Shown here: positions 1 to 9,748 of the stretch, piece by piece
How the letters are laid out: every line of letters starts with the position of its first letter
Position numbering within the stretch: position 1 is the first letter of the stretch
Assembly (NCBI GenBank): GCA_027593235.1
Contig: JAQCIU010000009.1
Coordinates: forward strand, 32,001-96,000
Length of the DNA: 64,000 bases
Source: Chloroflexota bacterium
Lineage (GTDB): Bacteria; Chloroflexota; Dehalococcoidia; UBA2979
Direction of reading: 5' to 3'
Made by a program: the position numbers and the translations under genes
The notes under the pieces: model-generated
What the model saw: only the letters and a program-made list of their open reading frames with translations
Told to the model about the DNA's origin: nothing
Databases searched by the model: none

Positions 1-331
1 CGAACTCCTCGGCGAACTTTCGCTGATCCTCGACCGGGTCGTACGAGATCGCGAACAGCGCGATCCCGGCCGCCTCGAACTCTGGAAGATGCTGTTGCAG
101 CTGCACGAGCTGCGTTCGGCAGAACGGTCACCAACGAACGGAGCGGTGGAACAGCACCAGCGCCCGGCGGCTGCCGCGCGCCTGCTCCAGGTTCACCAGT
201 GCGCCGGTCTGATCCGGCAACGCAATCTCCGGTAGGCGCTCACCGATCGCCGGTCCCGTCGGGAAATCATCGCTGGCGGGATTCCGCCCGGTTGGTGGCG
301 TCTCGGGAGGCGTTTCGGGCGGTGTGGTCAC
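1..331 (-). CDS. Selenocysteine-containing peroxiredoxin/AhpC-TSA-like redoxin (UxxC), 3' end runs off the window
   Basis: GTG at 331. The frame reads ...GPAIGERLPEIALPDQTG...ALVLFHRSVRW-TGA(130-128)-PFCRTQLVQLQQHLPEFEAAGIALFAISYDPVEDQRKFAEEF. Redoxin similarity continues past the TGA, which occupies the first Cys position of CxxC. Confidence 0.88.
97..113 (-). promoter_or_regulatory. Putative bacterial SECIS hairpin
   Basis: GCAGCT-CGTGC-AGCTGC is a perfect 6-bp stem starting 14 nt after the in-frame UGA, with G as the second loop base. Confidence 0.65.
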
Positions 332-488
332 GCGCGAATCCGTTCTGGTGCGAACGATCGAGGATGACCGAAAGCTTACCAGTCCCCGGTACCGTACCTG
401 TGACCGCGGTCTCACCCACCGGCAACCGCAGCGGCGCATCGAGGACTCGTCGAAGAGTGTCGAAGGACCGTCGAGAAGCGCCCCGCTC

Positions 489-1886
489 CTACGGCTGAAC
501 GCCTGCCTGTCGAACCCCCGGTGCAGGCGAAATCCGCACCTGTACCACCATCGATCCAGCCCCCGCTGGGTACGCCGACAGCGCCACCCAGCGATCCTCG
601 GCGCGCTTGGAGATAATCACCGTCGTCGGCCCGGACACCTCGGACCAGCCCAGCGAGCCCATCGAACCGGCGTACGTCTTGAGCATCTCCTGGGCCGCAG
701 CGGCCGGCAGCTCGTACGACAGGGTCAGATCCGCGCTGTCCTCGGTGTTGACCAACCGGCCCTCGGCCGGCACCAGTACGTCGCGGCTCTGGGTCGATGC
801 GACCAACCGCAATAGCGGCGGCTTCGGGACCGGGGTTGCGCTGCTGGTAGCAGTCGCTGCGGGATCGCCAGTCGAATCGGCCTCGGGGGTCGCGACCGGG
901 AACGTCGGCGTCCGCGGCGTCACCGCCAGCGCCGGCGGCACCAGCGCGTGATTGATCGCCGCCGCGATCTCCTCGATCGCCCGCACGCCCGCCGACTTTG
1001 TCGCCGCGCCCTCCGAGAGCACGACCACCACATGCGTCCACGGATCGTCATCCAGGTCGGGCACGCTGATCGCACCGGCAGAGTTCAGCAGCCAGCCCCC
1101 GACCAGCGGGTACCAGCCGTTCTTGATCGCCAGCGTCGCGCCGCTCGATGGCGACAGATCGACACCCGCCGAGGCACCCCAGCGCTGGTCCGCCACCACG
1201 GACTGCATCAGATCGAGGCCTGCCAGCCGCAGTTCGTCCGCCAGCGGCGAATCCTCCGCGATCAGTAACTCCACAAGCTGGGCGATCACCAGCGCTGACG
1301 CGCGCGAGTCCCCCCACTGCCCATCGTCCGCGAAATCGATCGACGTAATGTCGAGGGGCTCGAGGAACGCCGCCACCCCGGCCGCGCCACCCAGCGACTG
1401 CCACAACACGTCCGTCGCGCTATTGCTGCTCGCCGTGATCATCAGCTTCAGCAGTGTGTGTTCGTCCGAGGTCAGCGCCCGCTGCTCGAGCGCGGCCCGC
1501 TCCAGCGTCGCGATCAGCACCGGCAGCTTGACTACGCTCGCCAGCGCGAACTTCCCGTCGTCGCCGCCCACATAGTGCTCGCCGTCAGCGGTGACTACCG
1601 CCACACCAAGCCGCGCCGTGTTCTCGTCGATCAGCGCGGCGGCCGTCGCGAAGCGCACGCCGATCTCCAGCGCGTCGTCCGATGTGAAGCGAGAGCCGGG
1701 CTGGATGCTGGTCGTCACGCTCGGCGCGGCGGACACCGCCGTCGTCGGTACGGGCGCCGACAACTCAGTCGTGGTCGCCTGCACCAGCGGCGTCGCGGTA
1801 CTCACGACGACGCCTGAGCCGTCGCCGCGACACGCCGCAGCGAGCGCCAGCACGCAGAGCAATGTGAGTCCGGGGATTCGAGCCAT
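489..1886 (-). CDS. Lipoprotein serine hydrolase, class A beta-lactamase-like fold
   Basis: Lipobox LAAAC, SVVK (SxxK), SSN (SDN-like) and KNG (KTG-like) motifs, Thr/Pro linkers. Confidence 0.8.
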   Translation of the reverse strand: MARIPGLTLLCVLALAAACRGDGSGVVVSTATPLVQATTTELSAPVPTTAVSAAPSVTTSIQPGSRFTSDDALEIGVRFATAAALIDENTARLGVAVVTADGEHYVGGDDGKFALASVVKLPVLIATLERAALEQRALTSDEHTLLKLMITASSNSATDVLWQSLGGAAGVAAFLEPLDITSIDFADDGQWGDSRASALVIAQLVELLIAEDSPLADELRLAGLDLMQSVVADQRWGASAGVDLSPSSGATLAIKNGWYPLVGGWLLNSAGAISVPDLDDDPWTHVVVVLSEGAATKSAGVRAIEEIAAAINHALVPPALAVTPRTPTFPVATPEADSTGDPAATATSSATPVPKPPLLRLVASTQSRDVLVPAEGRLVNTEDSADLTLSYELPAAAAQEMLKTYAGSMGSLGWSEVSGPTTVIISKRAEDRWVALSAYPAGAGSMVVQVRISPAPGVRQAGVQP

Positions 1887-2082
1887 CGAAACGCCGTCCA
1901 GTGCCCCGCCGTTCCGCGGTTGAGGTTAGCGGTTTTCTGGTCGTTATGGTCAATCACAACCAGCATTCGGCGCATCGGAGCTACCCCGAGGCACTGGAAT
2001 CACCCCTCAGGTGGTCACAAGGCGGGGGTGCCACGCTCGGAACACGCGCAGTTCGCGCCTGTCACGCGGGACGGCGCTGTGC

Positions 2083-2937
2083 TCAGCCGCTCAACGCACC
2101 GCGGAATGCTTGGGCGATCCGCGCGTGCCCAGGATCGCTCGCGTGCAGGCAATCCCCCGTCAGTTCGCCCTCGGACAACGTCCCGATCTCGGCGACCGCA
2201 ACGCCCGCGGCGACGGCCGCCGCCCGAATCTCGTCGTTCACCCCGGCGCTCAGCCCCAGCGCCTCTTCACCTTCAAGCACCACATCGCCGATGAGCTTGA
2301 ATTCATGCAGCGGGCACCCGGCGTGAACCAGCGGGTTGTAGTACGTCATCACCGCGATCGGGACATCCGGACCCGCCGCCGCCTGCAAGGTCTCGAGGAT
2401 GAACAACAGGTTCTTCTGAACGTCCCGGATCCGCACCGCCGCCATCGCCAGGCAGGCGTCGTCGACCACCCCATCGCACAGCGCGACCAGGCCGAAACCG
2501 TCGTTCCCACCGATGCCGACCGTGATCACCTGCACGTCGTCGCCGCGACTCGCCGTCGCCGCGCGGGCATCGATCATCGCGACCGCCTCGGCAAGCTGCC
2601 CGCCCTCGATCATCGAGAGCGTGCCCGCCCCTGAACGCCCGACGTTCACCAGCTGAAGTGGCGCGCCGCCACGATCGTCATTCAGCAGATCGAGCAGCCG
2701 CGGTACGTAGCCCCCGCGTCGCCAGTCCGTCGCCCCAACGCCCACCGCCAGTGAGTCGCCCAGCGCGAGGTAGATCGGCGCGTCGGTGGGAGGTCCGCTG
2801 GTAGCAGTCACGGGTGCCGCGGTCCCCGTCGTTTCCGCCTCAAGCATTCCGTCGGACCCACACGCCACCCCGATCAACGTGATCGCGGCGGCCAGGGCGG
2901 CGGAACGGCGGAGCAACTGCATCGTGAGCTTCATCAT
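2083..2937 (-). CDS. SGNH/GDSL hydrolase lipoprotein
   Basis: GVAC lipobox, LGDSL block I, GGND block III, DCLH block V. Confidence 0.88.
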   Translation of the reverse strand: MMKLTMQLLRRSAALAAAITLIGVACGSDGMLEAETTGTAAPVTATSGPPTDAPIYLALGDSLAVGVGATDWRRGGYVPRLLDLLNDDRGGAPLQLVNVGRSGAGTLSMIEGGQLAEAVAMIDARAATASRGDDVQVITVGIGGNDGFGLVALCDGVVDDACLAMAAVRIRDVQKNLLFILETLQAAAGPDVPIAVMTYYNPLVHAGCPLHEFKLIGDVVLEGEEALGLSAGVNDEIRAAAVAAGVAVAEIGTLSEGELTGDCLHASDPGHARIAQAFRGALSG

Positions 2938-2968
2938 CGCGCAGTGCTCCGCCGCAAGGAGTTAACGG

Positions 2969-5900
2969 TTAGTCATCGTGACCGCCGTGGTGCCCACGGC
3001 CCTGCCACCAGATCGACGTGTACGGCCAGTGGCCGCCACGCTTGTACGGCCAGTACCCGAACCCTGCGTTGCGCAGGATCGTCTCGACGATTGCCGCCTC
3101 GGCCTGCGCCGGAAGCTGTCCACCCTCGACGAGGTTGCACAGCGCAGGCAACGACGGGTGCTGGTAGCGATCGAGGTGATCGCAGATCTCCTCCACCCGC
3201 GTGTTCCCGTTCGCCTCCCACTCCACGAACACCGTTGCCTGTGGCTCCCCGCCATCGAGCACCCCGTCACCATCGAGGTCGGCCCACGCGAGGATCACAT
3301 CCGTGCCGGCGCCGCCGTCACCTCGGTAGCTCCCGGTGGCGCGGCCCTTGTTGTCGGTGCGCTCCTGGTCCGTCTCGCCCTGGTTCGGGCCGCTCGTCAC
3401 CTGGAATCGAACCAGCACGCCGCTCACCTGCGGCGACACGGTTGCCGTCACCTTGTGCATCTTGCCGACCGGCCGATCGTCGAACTGTGGTACCAGCGAA
3501 ATCGCCGAAGCGTTGAGTGCCGTCCACTGCTTCGTCGCGATCGCCTGCGGCTCGCCGTTGTCCACGCGCCCATCTCGGTCGAGATCGACCCAGGCGAGAA
3601 TCACGTCGCTGCCGACGCCACCCTTGCCCTCATAGGACAGATCCGCGCGACCGCTCGAGTTCGTCTTGTCCGAACCCTTCGTCCCGTTGTTCGGCCCGGA
3701 CGTCACCTCGAACCGCACCAGCAGATCGCGCTGGGCAGGTGACACCGTCGCCGTCATCTGATGCTTGCTGTTCACCGGGTTCGTGTCGCTCGCGGGCGTC
3801 AACGACAGCGCCGGCGCCACCGCTGCAGTCCACTGCTTTGTCGCAACCGCCTGCGGCTCGCCTGCATCGATCTGGCCGTTGCGGTTGAAGTCCACCCACG
3901 CCAGCACTACGTCCGTACCGACACCCTTCGTGCCGACGTAGGAGAGGTCGGCACGACCGCCGTTGTTGGTGTCATCGGAACCCTTCGTGCCGGTGTTCGG
4001 GCCAGCCGTGACCTAGAATCGGACTAGCAGCCCGCTCTGCGCCGGCACCACGGTCGCCGTCATCGAATGCCGCGTGTTCACCGGGTTCGTGTCGTTCGCC
4101 GGTGTCAGCGCGAACGAGCTGGCGGCCACCGCCGTCCAGCCTCGGATCACCGCCGTCTGCGGCTCGTTGGCGTCGATCACGCCATCGCCATCGGTGTCGG
4201 CCCAGACCAGCACCAGATCGGATCCGACACCGCCACTCCCGAGGTAAGCGAACGTCGCTTGCCCGCTGGAGTTGGTCAGCGCGATCCCTTCACGTCCCAG
4301 GTTCGGTCCCTGGTTGACCCGGAACCGCACCAGCACGCCGTTCACCGTCGGCGACACCGTCGCCGTTACCGTGTGCTGCGTGTTCACCGCACCGCTGCTG
4401 CTCGTCGGCGTCGCACTGATGCCGCTGGCCTGCGTCGAGGCCCAACGTTGCGCCGCCGTCGCCTGCGGCTCGTTCGTGTCCCGCACACCGTTGTTGTTCA
4501 CGTCGAGCCACGCCATCACCGCGTCGGACCCGACTCCCCCGTCTCCGAGGTAGGCAAACGTCGCGCGCCCCAGGCTGTTCGTCACGCCAACCCCTGCGTC
4601 ACCCTTGTTCGGCCCCGCCGAAACGAAGAACCGCACAATCGCGCCGCTCTGCAGCGGTCCGACCGTCGCCGTCACCGTGTGGGTGGTCCCCACCAACGAA
4701 ACGTTGTCCAGCGGCGCCAGCACAATCGACTTCACCGGAACCGTCGACGTCCACGTCTTGGCCGCCGTCGCCCGCGCCTCGCCGCTGTCGAGCACCCCGT
4801 CGTCGTCGGCATCGATCCACGTCGCGATCGCGTCAGTCCCGGTCGTCGTTCCCCAGTAGCTGAAGGTCGCCTGACCGGCGGTATTCGTGAGCACCCGGCT
4901 GACCGCACCAATGTGCGGCCCCGCCGTGATCCGGAACCGCACGACCAGACCCGACTTCGCCGGGCTAGCCGTGGACGTCACCGTGTGAACCGTCCCCACG
5001 CGGTTGCTCGCCGTTCCTGGGGAGACAATGATCGTCTGGCTCGGCGTTGCGGTTCCCCAGTTCGCGGTCGCCTGTCCTCGCGGCTCGTTCGAGTCAAGCA
5101 GGAGGTTCTGATTCAGGTCCGCCCACGCAACGATCACGTCAACGCCGTCGCCACCGCGCCCAAGGTACGTATACGTGCCGCGCCCACCGCCATCGGTCAG
5201 CGCAACGCCGCGCGCCCCGGCGTTCGGTCCCGAGGTCACCTCGAAACGCATGTAGAGCCCGGACTGGGCCGGAGCCAGCGTCGCATTCACCGTGTGCTGG
5301 CCGCCGACCGCCCGCTGTGCTGTGCTCGGCGCTACGACCACGCCACTGGTCGACCCGGTGGTCCAGACCCGCGTGGCTGTCGCCTGCGCCTCGTTGCCGT
5401 CCCGGATGCCGTCCGAGTGAAAGTCCGGCCACGCCGTGATCGAATCGGTACCCAGACCGCCGTTCCCGCTGTAAGTGAACGTCGCCTGTCCGCTGGCGCT
5501 CGTAATCGCAATCCCCGAAGTCCCGACGTTCGGCCCACTCGGGATCTGGAACCGGACGAGGACGCCGCCTTGGGCGGGCGACAGAGTCGCCGTCAGCGTG
5601 TGTCCGCTGCCCTGCGTACCGCTGGAGCTGCTCGGCGAGAGCTGGATGCCCGTACCGGCGACACCGACCCACTGGACGATCGCTGCACTGACGGGTTCGG
5701 TGCTGTCACGGACGCCATCTCGGTCCAGGTCTGCCCAGACGAGAATCGCGTCGGTTCCCACACCGCCCGTGCCGTTGTAACTGAAGATCGCGAGCCCGTT
5801 CGAGTTCGTATCGAGCGCACCGCTGCCACCGGCATTCGGGCCCGATAAGACCTGGTAGCGAACCCGCACGCCACTTTGCGCCGGCGACACAGTCACACCC

Positions 5901-6094
5901 ACGGCATAGGACGAACCAATCTGGTTCGTCGCATTCGTCGGGCTCACCGACACGCTGCTGGTAATCGCCTGCTGCGCGTCCGCCCGCGTCGTGAGGATCA
6001 GCGCCATCGCTAGCGCTGCCACGAGGGCGACCGCGGCGATCCCGCCCAGTCGCCCCTTCGTCATTGGTGGTCTCGGCAGTTCGGTGAAACTCAT
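2969..6094 (-). pseudogene. Large secreted protein with nine Ig-like (Big_1-like) repeats, interrupted by one in-frame TAG at 4015-4013 (nonsense allele or sequence error)
   Basis: ORFs 4013-6139 and 2969-3907 are in the same frame. VRF*VTAGPN matches VRFEVTSGPN and VRFQVTSGPN in sister repeats. Signal peptide ends in ADA. Start is ATG 6094 or 6064. Confidence 0.82.
3218..5960 (-). repeat. Nine tandem ~100-aa (~300-bp) coding repeats
   Basis: Each unit approximates P..VG..HTVTATVSPAQSG.LVRF.V.SGPN.G..G...TN..G.ATF.Y.G.GG.G.D.I.AW.D.D.DG..D..EP.ATA...W. Confidence 0.9.
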
Positions 6095-6392
6095 TCGGGG
6101 CCCCGCAACCCTCCTGCGGACGCAAGGCGCCCGCGGCAATGATTAGAATCGTTGCATAATTGCATAGGAGAACGTCGTCCGAGGCCGTTAAGTTCCCGGA
6201 CCTCGAGGGCGCCCCGGCGCGATCCCTGCGCCACCTCCTTATGTATCGCGCCCACGACCGCGACGCAATGATCGTAAGAATACAGACAGCCACCCGCATG
6301 CGCCGCTCCGGCTGTTATTCCCGCGAAACGTTCGTCGCGGAACCGCGGATTCGCATACCGTGTGCCGAGTCACCAGCCACCGAGGGAGCGCC

Positions 6393-6788
6393 ATGCCATA
6401 CCGCGTCAACCACATTCACTTGAAGTCGCACGATCCCAAAGCGACCGCCGATTGGTGGGTCAAGGCCTTCAACTTCACCATCGTCGCCGACGTGGTCCGC
6501 GACGCCGGCGATCGGTTCATCACCTGCCAGAGCGAGGACGGGATGCGCGTCCCGATCTCCGAGCCAATGCCCGGCCAGACCTTCGCCCCCGGCGACGCGG
6601 GACTCCGCGAGGGCCTCGAGCACTTCGGCATCGACTCGGACGACCTCGAGACCGACATCGCCCGCCTCGAAGGCCTCGGCGCCACACTTCTCGACGGCCC
6701 GCGGAACAACGGACCGACGATGCGCATCGCCTTCATCGAGGCACCAGACCACGTCCGCGTCGAGCTGATCCAGCGCCTCGAGGGCTAA
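6393..6788 (+). CDS. VOC/glyoxalase family protein
   Basis: NHIHL, EHFGI and VELI metal-binding motifs; GGAG RBS before ATG 6393. Confidence 0.9.
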   Translation: MPYRVNHIHLKSHDPKATADWWVKAFNFTIVADVVRDAGDRFITCQSEDGMRVPISEPMPGQTFAPGDAGLREGLEHFGIDSDDLETDIARLEGLGATLLDGPRNNGPTMRIAFIEAPDHVRVELIQRLEG

Positions 6789-6835
6789 CTCACCTCGGCG
6801 GCGGCCTGACACGGGACCAGGGGGCGTATCCGGCG

Positions 6836-7519
6836 TTAGCGGGTCGCGAACGCCGCCAGGAACTCACTCTCGGTCGCCACCGTCACCGCCGCGAACGCGT
6901 CGTATAGCGCCGACTCCTCGTCACGGCAGACGTGCCAACCGGCCAGCGGCTCGCACAGCGCTGCTGGAAGTTCCCACGTCTCCGCCAACAGATCGGTCAA
7001 TTCGCAACGGTCCAGCCCGAACAGCCGGGTCTCCAGCCAGTGCAGTTCCTCGAACGTCTCGGTTTCCAGAATCGCCTCGACGTACAGCTCGAAGTTCTCG
7101 GGATCGAGTGTCATCGCAAGGATGCTCGCGTCGACGAGCACACCGGCCGCCGCCGTCTCACCGCCGAAGCGGCTCCACGCGCGAGCAACCGAGATTCCGT
7201 GATTCATCACGTCGTCGAACACCAGTGGCGAGTTCGGTGCGCCAAGCTCGCTGAGCAGGGCGCAGCCCACCGCGACCCGCGTCGCTTCCGCCACCCCGAT
7301 CGTCACGATCGCGTCGCGGACGTTCGAGACCGCCTTGCGACGGCTGAAGTACGCGCTGTTCGCCATCCGCAGCAACTGCATCGTCATCCGCGGATCGCTC
7401 TCGATCGCACGCGAGAAATCCGCCGCGCCCGCCCCCTCGTCCGAGGCCAATGCGAGCACCTCCCGCGCCGCGCGCGGAATCGGCGGTAGTTCGCTGAGCA
7501 GCTCGATCGTCAACGACAC
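6836..7519 (-). CDS. HDOD domain signalling protein
   Basis: LPPIP...IESDP...LLRMANSAYF...V..AIVTIG signature; HD motif degenerate (GVLVD). Confidence 0.88.
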   Translation of the reverse strand: MSLTIELLSELPPIPRAAREVLALASDEGAGAADFSRAIESDPRMTMQLLRMANSAYFSRRKAVSNVRDAIVTIGVAEATRVAVGCALLSELGAPNSPLVFDDVMNHGISVARAWSRFGGETAAAGVLVDASILAMTLDPENFELYVEAILETETFEELHWLETRLFGLDRCELTDLLAETWELPAALCEPLAGWHVCRDEESALYDAFAAVTVATESEFLAAFATR

Positions 7520-7527
7520 CGCGACCC

Positions 7528-9603
7528 CTACGCCGACAGCAAGGAGCGATCGACGGAGCCCCAGTGGGTCGCCTCGCTCTGATCCTGCAACCGCGCACCA
7601 CCCGTCGTGATCGCCAGCAGCAGCCTGTCCAACTCCCCGCGATCGGATCCCTCGAGGGCGATCCCAATCCGAGGTGAGTTCTCCCGGTTCGACCGCACGA
7701 TCCCGACCAGCCGGATCGGCGGCGACCCGATCGGCTGCAGCAGGATGTCCAGCGTCTCGCCCACCTCGAAGTCCGCCGCCACGCCGATCCCCGCCCAGGA
7801 GACGTCCAGCGTCGCGCCAACGTGCGACCGCTTCGAATCGCGGCTACGAATCGCCAGCGGGATGCGCCAAGGGAATCGATACGTGTTCCGCTGCAACGTG
7901 CGCGTCCACAGCAATGGGATCGCGCTCGCCAGCAACAACGTGTTCAGCGTCGCCCAGAACAGGCTCCCCGCGATCAGCCATGGTGGGAACGAACCACTCG
8001 GACCGATCCCAAAGAGACCGGCCAACCCCAGCAGCACGGCTCCACCTGAAGCCGCCGCCAGTACCACCAGCGCGTATGCGTCGATCGATCGCTGCCCGGT
8101 GCCCCGCTTCGGCGTCACCGCGAACCCGAGCGACCGTGAGCCGGCAATCAGCGTCAGGCTCGCGCGCAGCGAGATCAGCATCTTCGCCAACGTAAATCGC
8201 TCCTGGCGCACCAGGCTGCGGAACCCTCGCTGGTTCAACACCGCCACCGCCATGCTCGACACCAGGTACGGCAGGAAAAAACCGAAGTAGCTCCACGGCG
8301 CGACATCGATCGGCGGCACGCCAAACAGCATCACGATCACCGGCAACAGGATCAGTAGGAACCGGATGTGGGCGTCGAAGTAATTGGACACCGACGAGAA
8401 GTAGCTCGCGCGCTGCCCAATCGACAGCCCCGGCGCGATCAACGGATTGTTCCGCGAACGGAGGATCTGCATCGCCCCCTGTGCCCACCGCAGCCGCTGC
8501 GTCTGAAACGAGACCGCGTCGTCGGGCGCGATCCCGTACGAGAGCGAGGTCGGGTCGTAGTAGGTCTTCCAGCCGGCGGCGTGCAACTTCTGCGTCGTCA
8601 GCATGTCCTCGATCACGCAGTCCGTGTTCATCCCGCCGATCGAATCGATCGCCGACCGCCGCAATACCGCGCACGACCCGCACCAGAACGCCGAGTTCGT
8701 CCGGTTCTTCGCGGTCATCACCACATCGAAGAACACGCGCTGCTCGTGCCAGTGATCCTGCGTTCCCAGGTTCTGCGCTGCCGTGTGCTGCACCGAGGTG
8801 AGGTTGTAGTAGTCCTGTGGCGTCTGCACGATCGCGATCCGCTCATCAACGAAGTACCCCAGCGTCCGCGACAGGAAGTCGCGCTGCGGTACGTGATCCG
8901 CGTCGAAGACCGCGATGAACTCCGCCGTCGAGTGCTTCAGCCCGTTGTTGATGTTCCCGGCCTTCGCGCCCTCGTTGGTCTCGCGCGTCAGGTAGTCGCA
9001 GCCAATCTCCGCCGCCATCGCGCGCATCGACTCGCGCCGGCCGTCATCCAGGATCACCGTGCGATGCGGGTACCCCATCGCCAGCACACCGAGGGCGGTC
9101 GCACGGACGATCTCCTCCGGTTCGTTGTACGTCGTGATCATCACGTCCACGGTGTGACCCGCTGCAAGCCGGAACGGTGCCTCACGCACCTCGGCCCACG
9201 TCACGTACCCCAGCAGCGTGGCGTTGAAGTAGATCCCCACCTCCACGAGGAACAGCGGCAAGTTGATGAAGATCACGCCCGTATCCAGCGTGTAGAACGC
9301 GCGCCACCCGAGATAGATCGCGCCCGCGACCACCATGCATGCGATCGCGACCTGCTTCGTCCTGATCGCTCTCGGCCCCGGCACCGAGGGCACCCGATAC
9401 ACCCCTTCGGGTCCCGACACCCGCAGCTCAGCCGGCTCGCCATCGCCGGTGCCGCCACCATCCCCCGAGGCGTTCGCTTCGCCGGTTCCGTTGCGACCGG
9501 CGTCGGCGCCGTGGAGCACGGCAAGCAACAGCAACGGCAGGCGCGACTTCGTTCGCGACCGCGGGAACGCTAGGGGGCGCTTGCCTGCTCGATGCGCACG
9601 CAT
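7528..9603 (-). CDS. bcsA: Cellulose synthase catalytic subunit-like GT2 with C-terminal PilZ domain (start uncertain)
   Basis: DDG, KAGNIN, FDADH, QTPQ, FWCGS, ED and QRLRW motifs, TM helices, and PilZ motifs RNTYR and DVSWAG. Confidence 0.85.
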   Translation of the reverse strand: MRAHRAGKRPLAFPRSRTKSRLPLLLLAVLHGADAGRNGTGEANASGDGGGTGDGEPAELRVSGPEGVYRVPSVPGPRAIRTKQVAIACMVVAGAIYLGWRAFYTLDTGVIFINLPLFLVEVGIYFNATLLGYVTWAEVREAPFRLAAGHTVDVMITTYNEPEEIVRATALGVLAMGYPHRTVILDDGRRESMRAMAAEIGCDYLTRETNEGAKAGNINNGLKHSTAEFIAVFDADHVPQRDFLSRTLGYFVDERIAIVQTPQDYYNLTSVQHTAAQNLGTQDHWHEQRVFFDVVMTAKNRTNSAFWCGSCAVLRRSAIDSIGGMNTDCVIEDMLTTQKLHAAGWKTYYDPTSLSYGIAPDDAVSFQTQRLRWAQGAMQILRSRNNPLIAPGLSIGQRASYFSSVSNYFDAHIRFLLILLPVIVMLFGVPPIDVAPWSYFGFFLPYLVSSMAVAVLNQRGFRSLVRQERFTLAKMLISLRASLTLIAGSRSLGFAVTPKRGTGQRSIDAYALVVLAAASGGAVLLGLAGLFGIGPSGSFPPWLIAGSLFWATLNTLLLASAIPLLWTRTLQRNTYRFPWRIPLAIRSRDSKRSHVGATLDVSWAGIGVAADFEVGETLDILLQPIGSPPIRLVGIVRSNRENSPRIGIALEGSDRGELDRLLLAITTGGARLQDQSEATHWGSVDRSLLSA

Positions 9604-9748
9604 CGTGCTCCATTCAGATCGTCGGGGCGTCTCTACTAACCATCGAGGTTTTGCGAACCCCAAACGATGAGGAGATCCCCACGCCGCCCCGTTCCGGGAG
9701 CACCCTCGGACCCGCCCGCGAGAACACCAAGGCCCCGCGCAGCTATCC

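Noticed and set aside
489-1886. Antibiotic-resistance beta-lactamase call (also 34043-35311)
   Set aside because: The motifs show only the penicillin-binding/serine hydrolase fold; beta-lactamase activity cannot be inferred.
4013-4015. Pyrrolysine or genome-wide TAG reassignment
   Set aside because: TAG is the normal stop of many genes here (for example 14450, 20995, 35311), no pyl genes are in the window, and the site is a structural Glu/Gln position.
4067-5848. Long antisense and alternate-frame ORFs (also 23291-25330, 47178-49136, 34624-35931 and others)
   Set aside because: They are Arg/Pro-rich shadow frames of well-supported genes, expected in high-GC DNA.
9610-9745. c-di-GMP-I or c-di-AMP (ydaO) riboswitch before bcsA
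   Set aside because: Only fragments (CGCAAAAC, TTTGGGGTT) resemble the consensus; the other conserved elements are missing.
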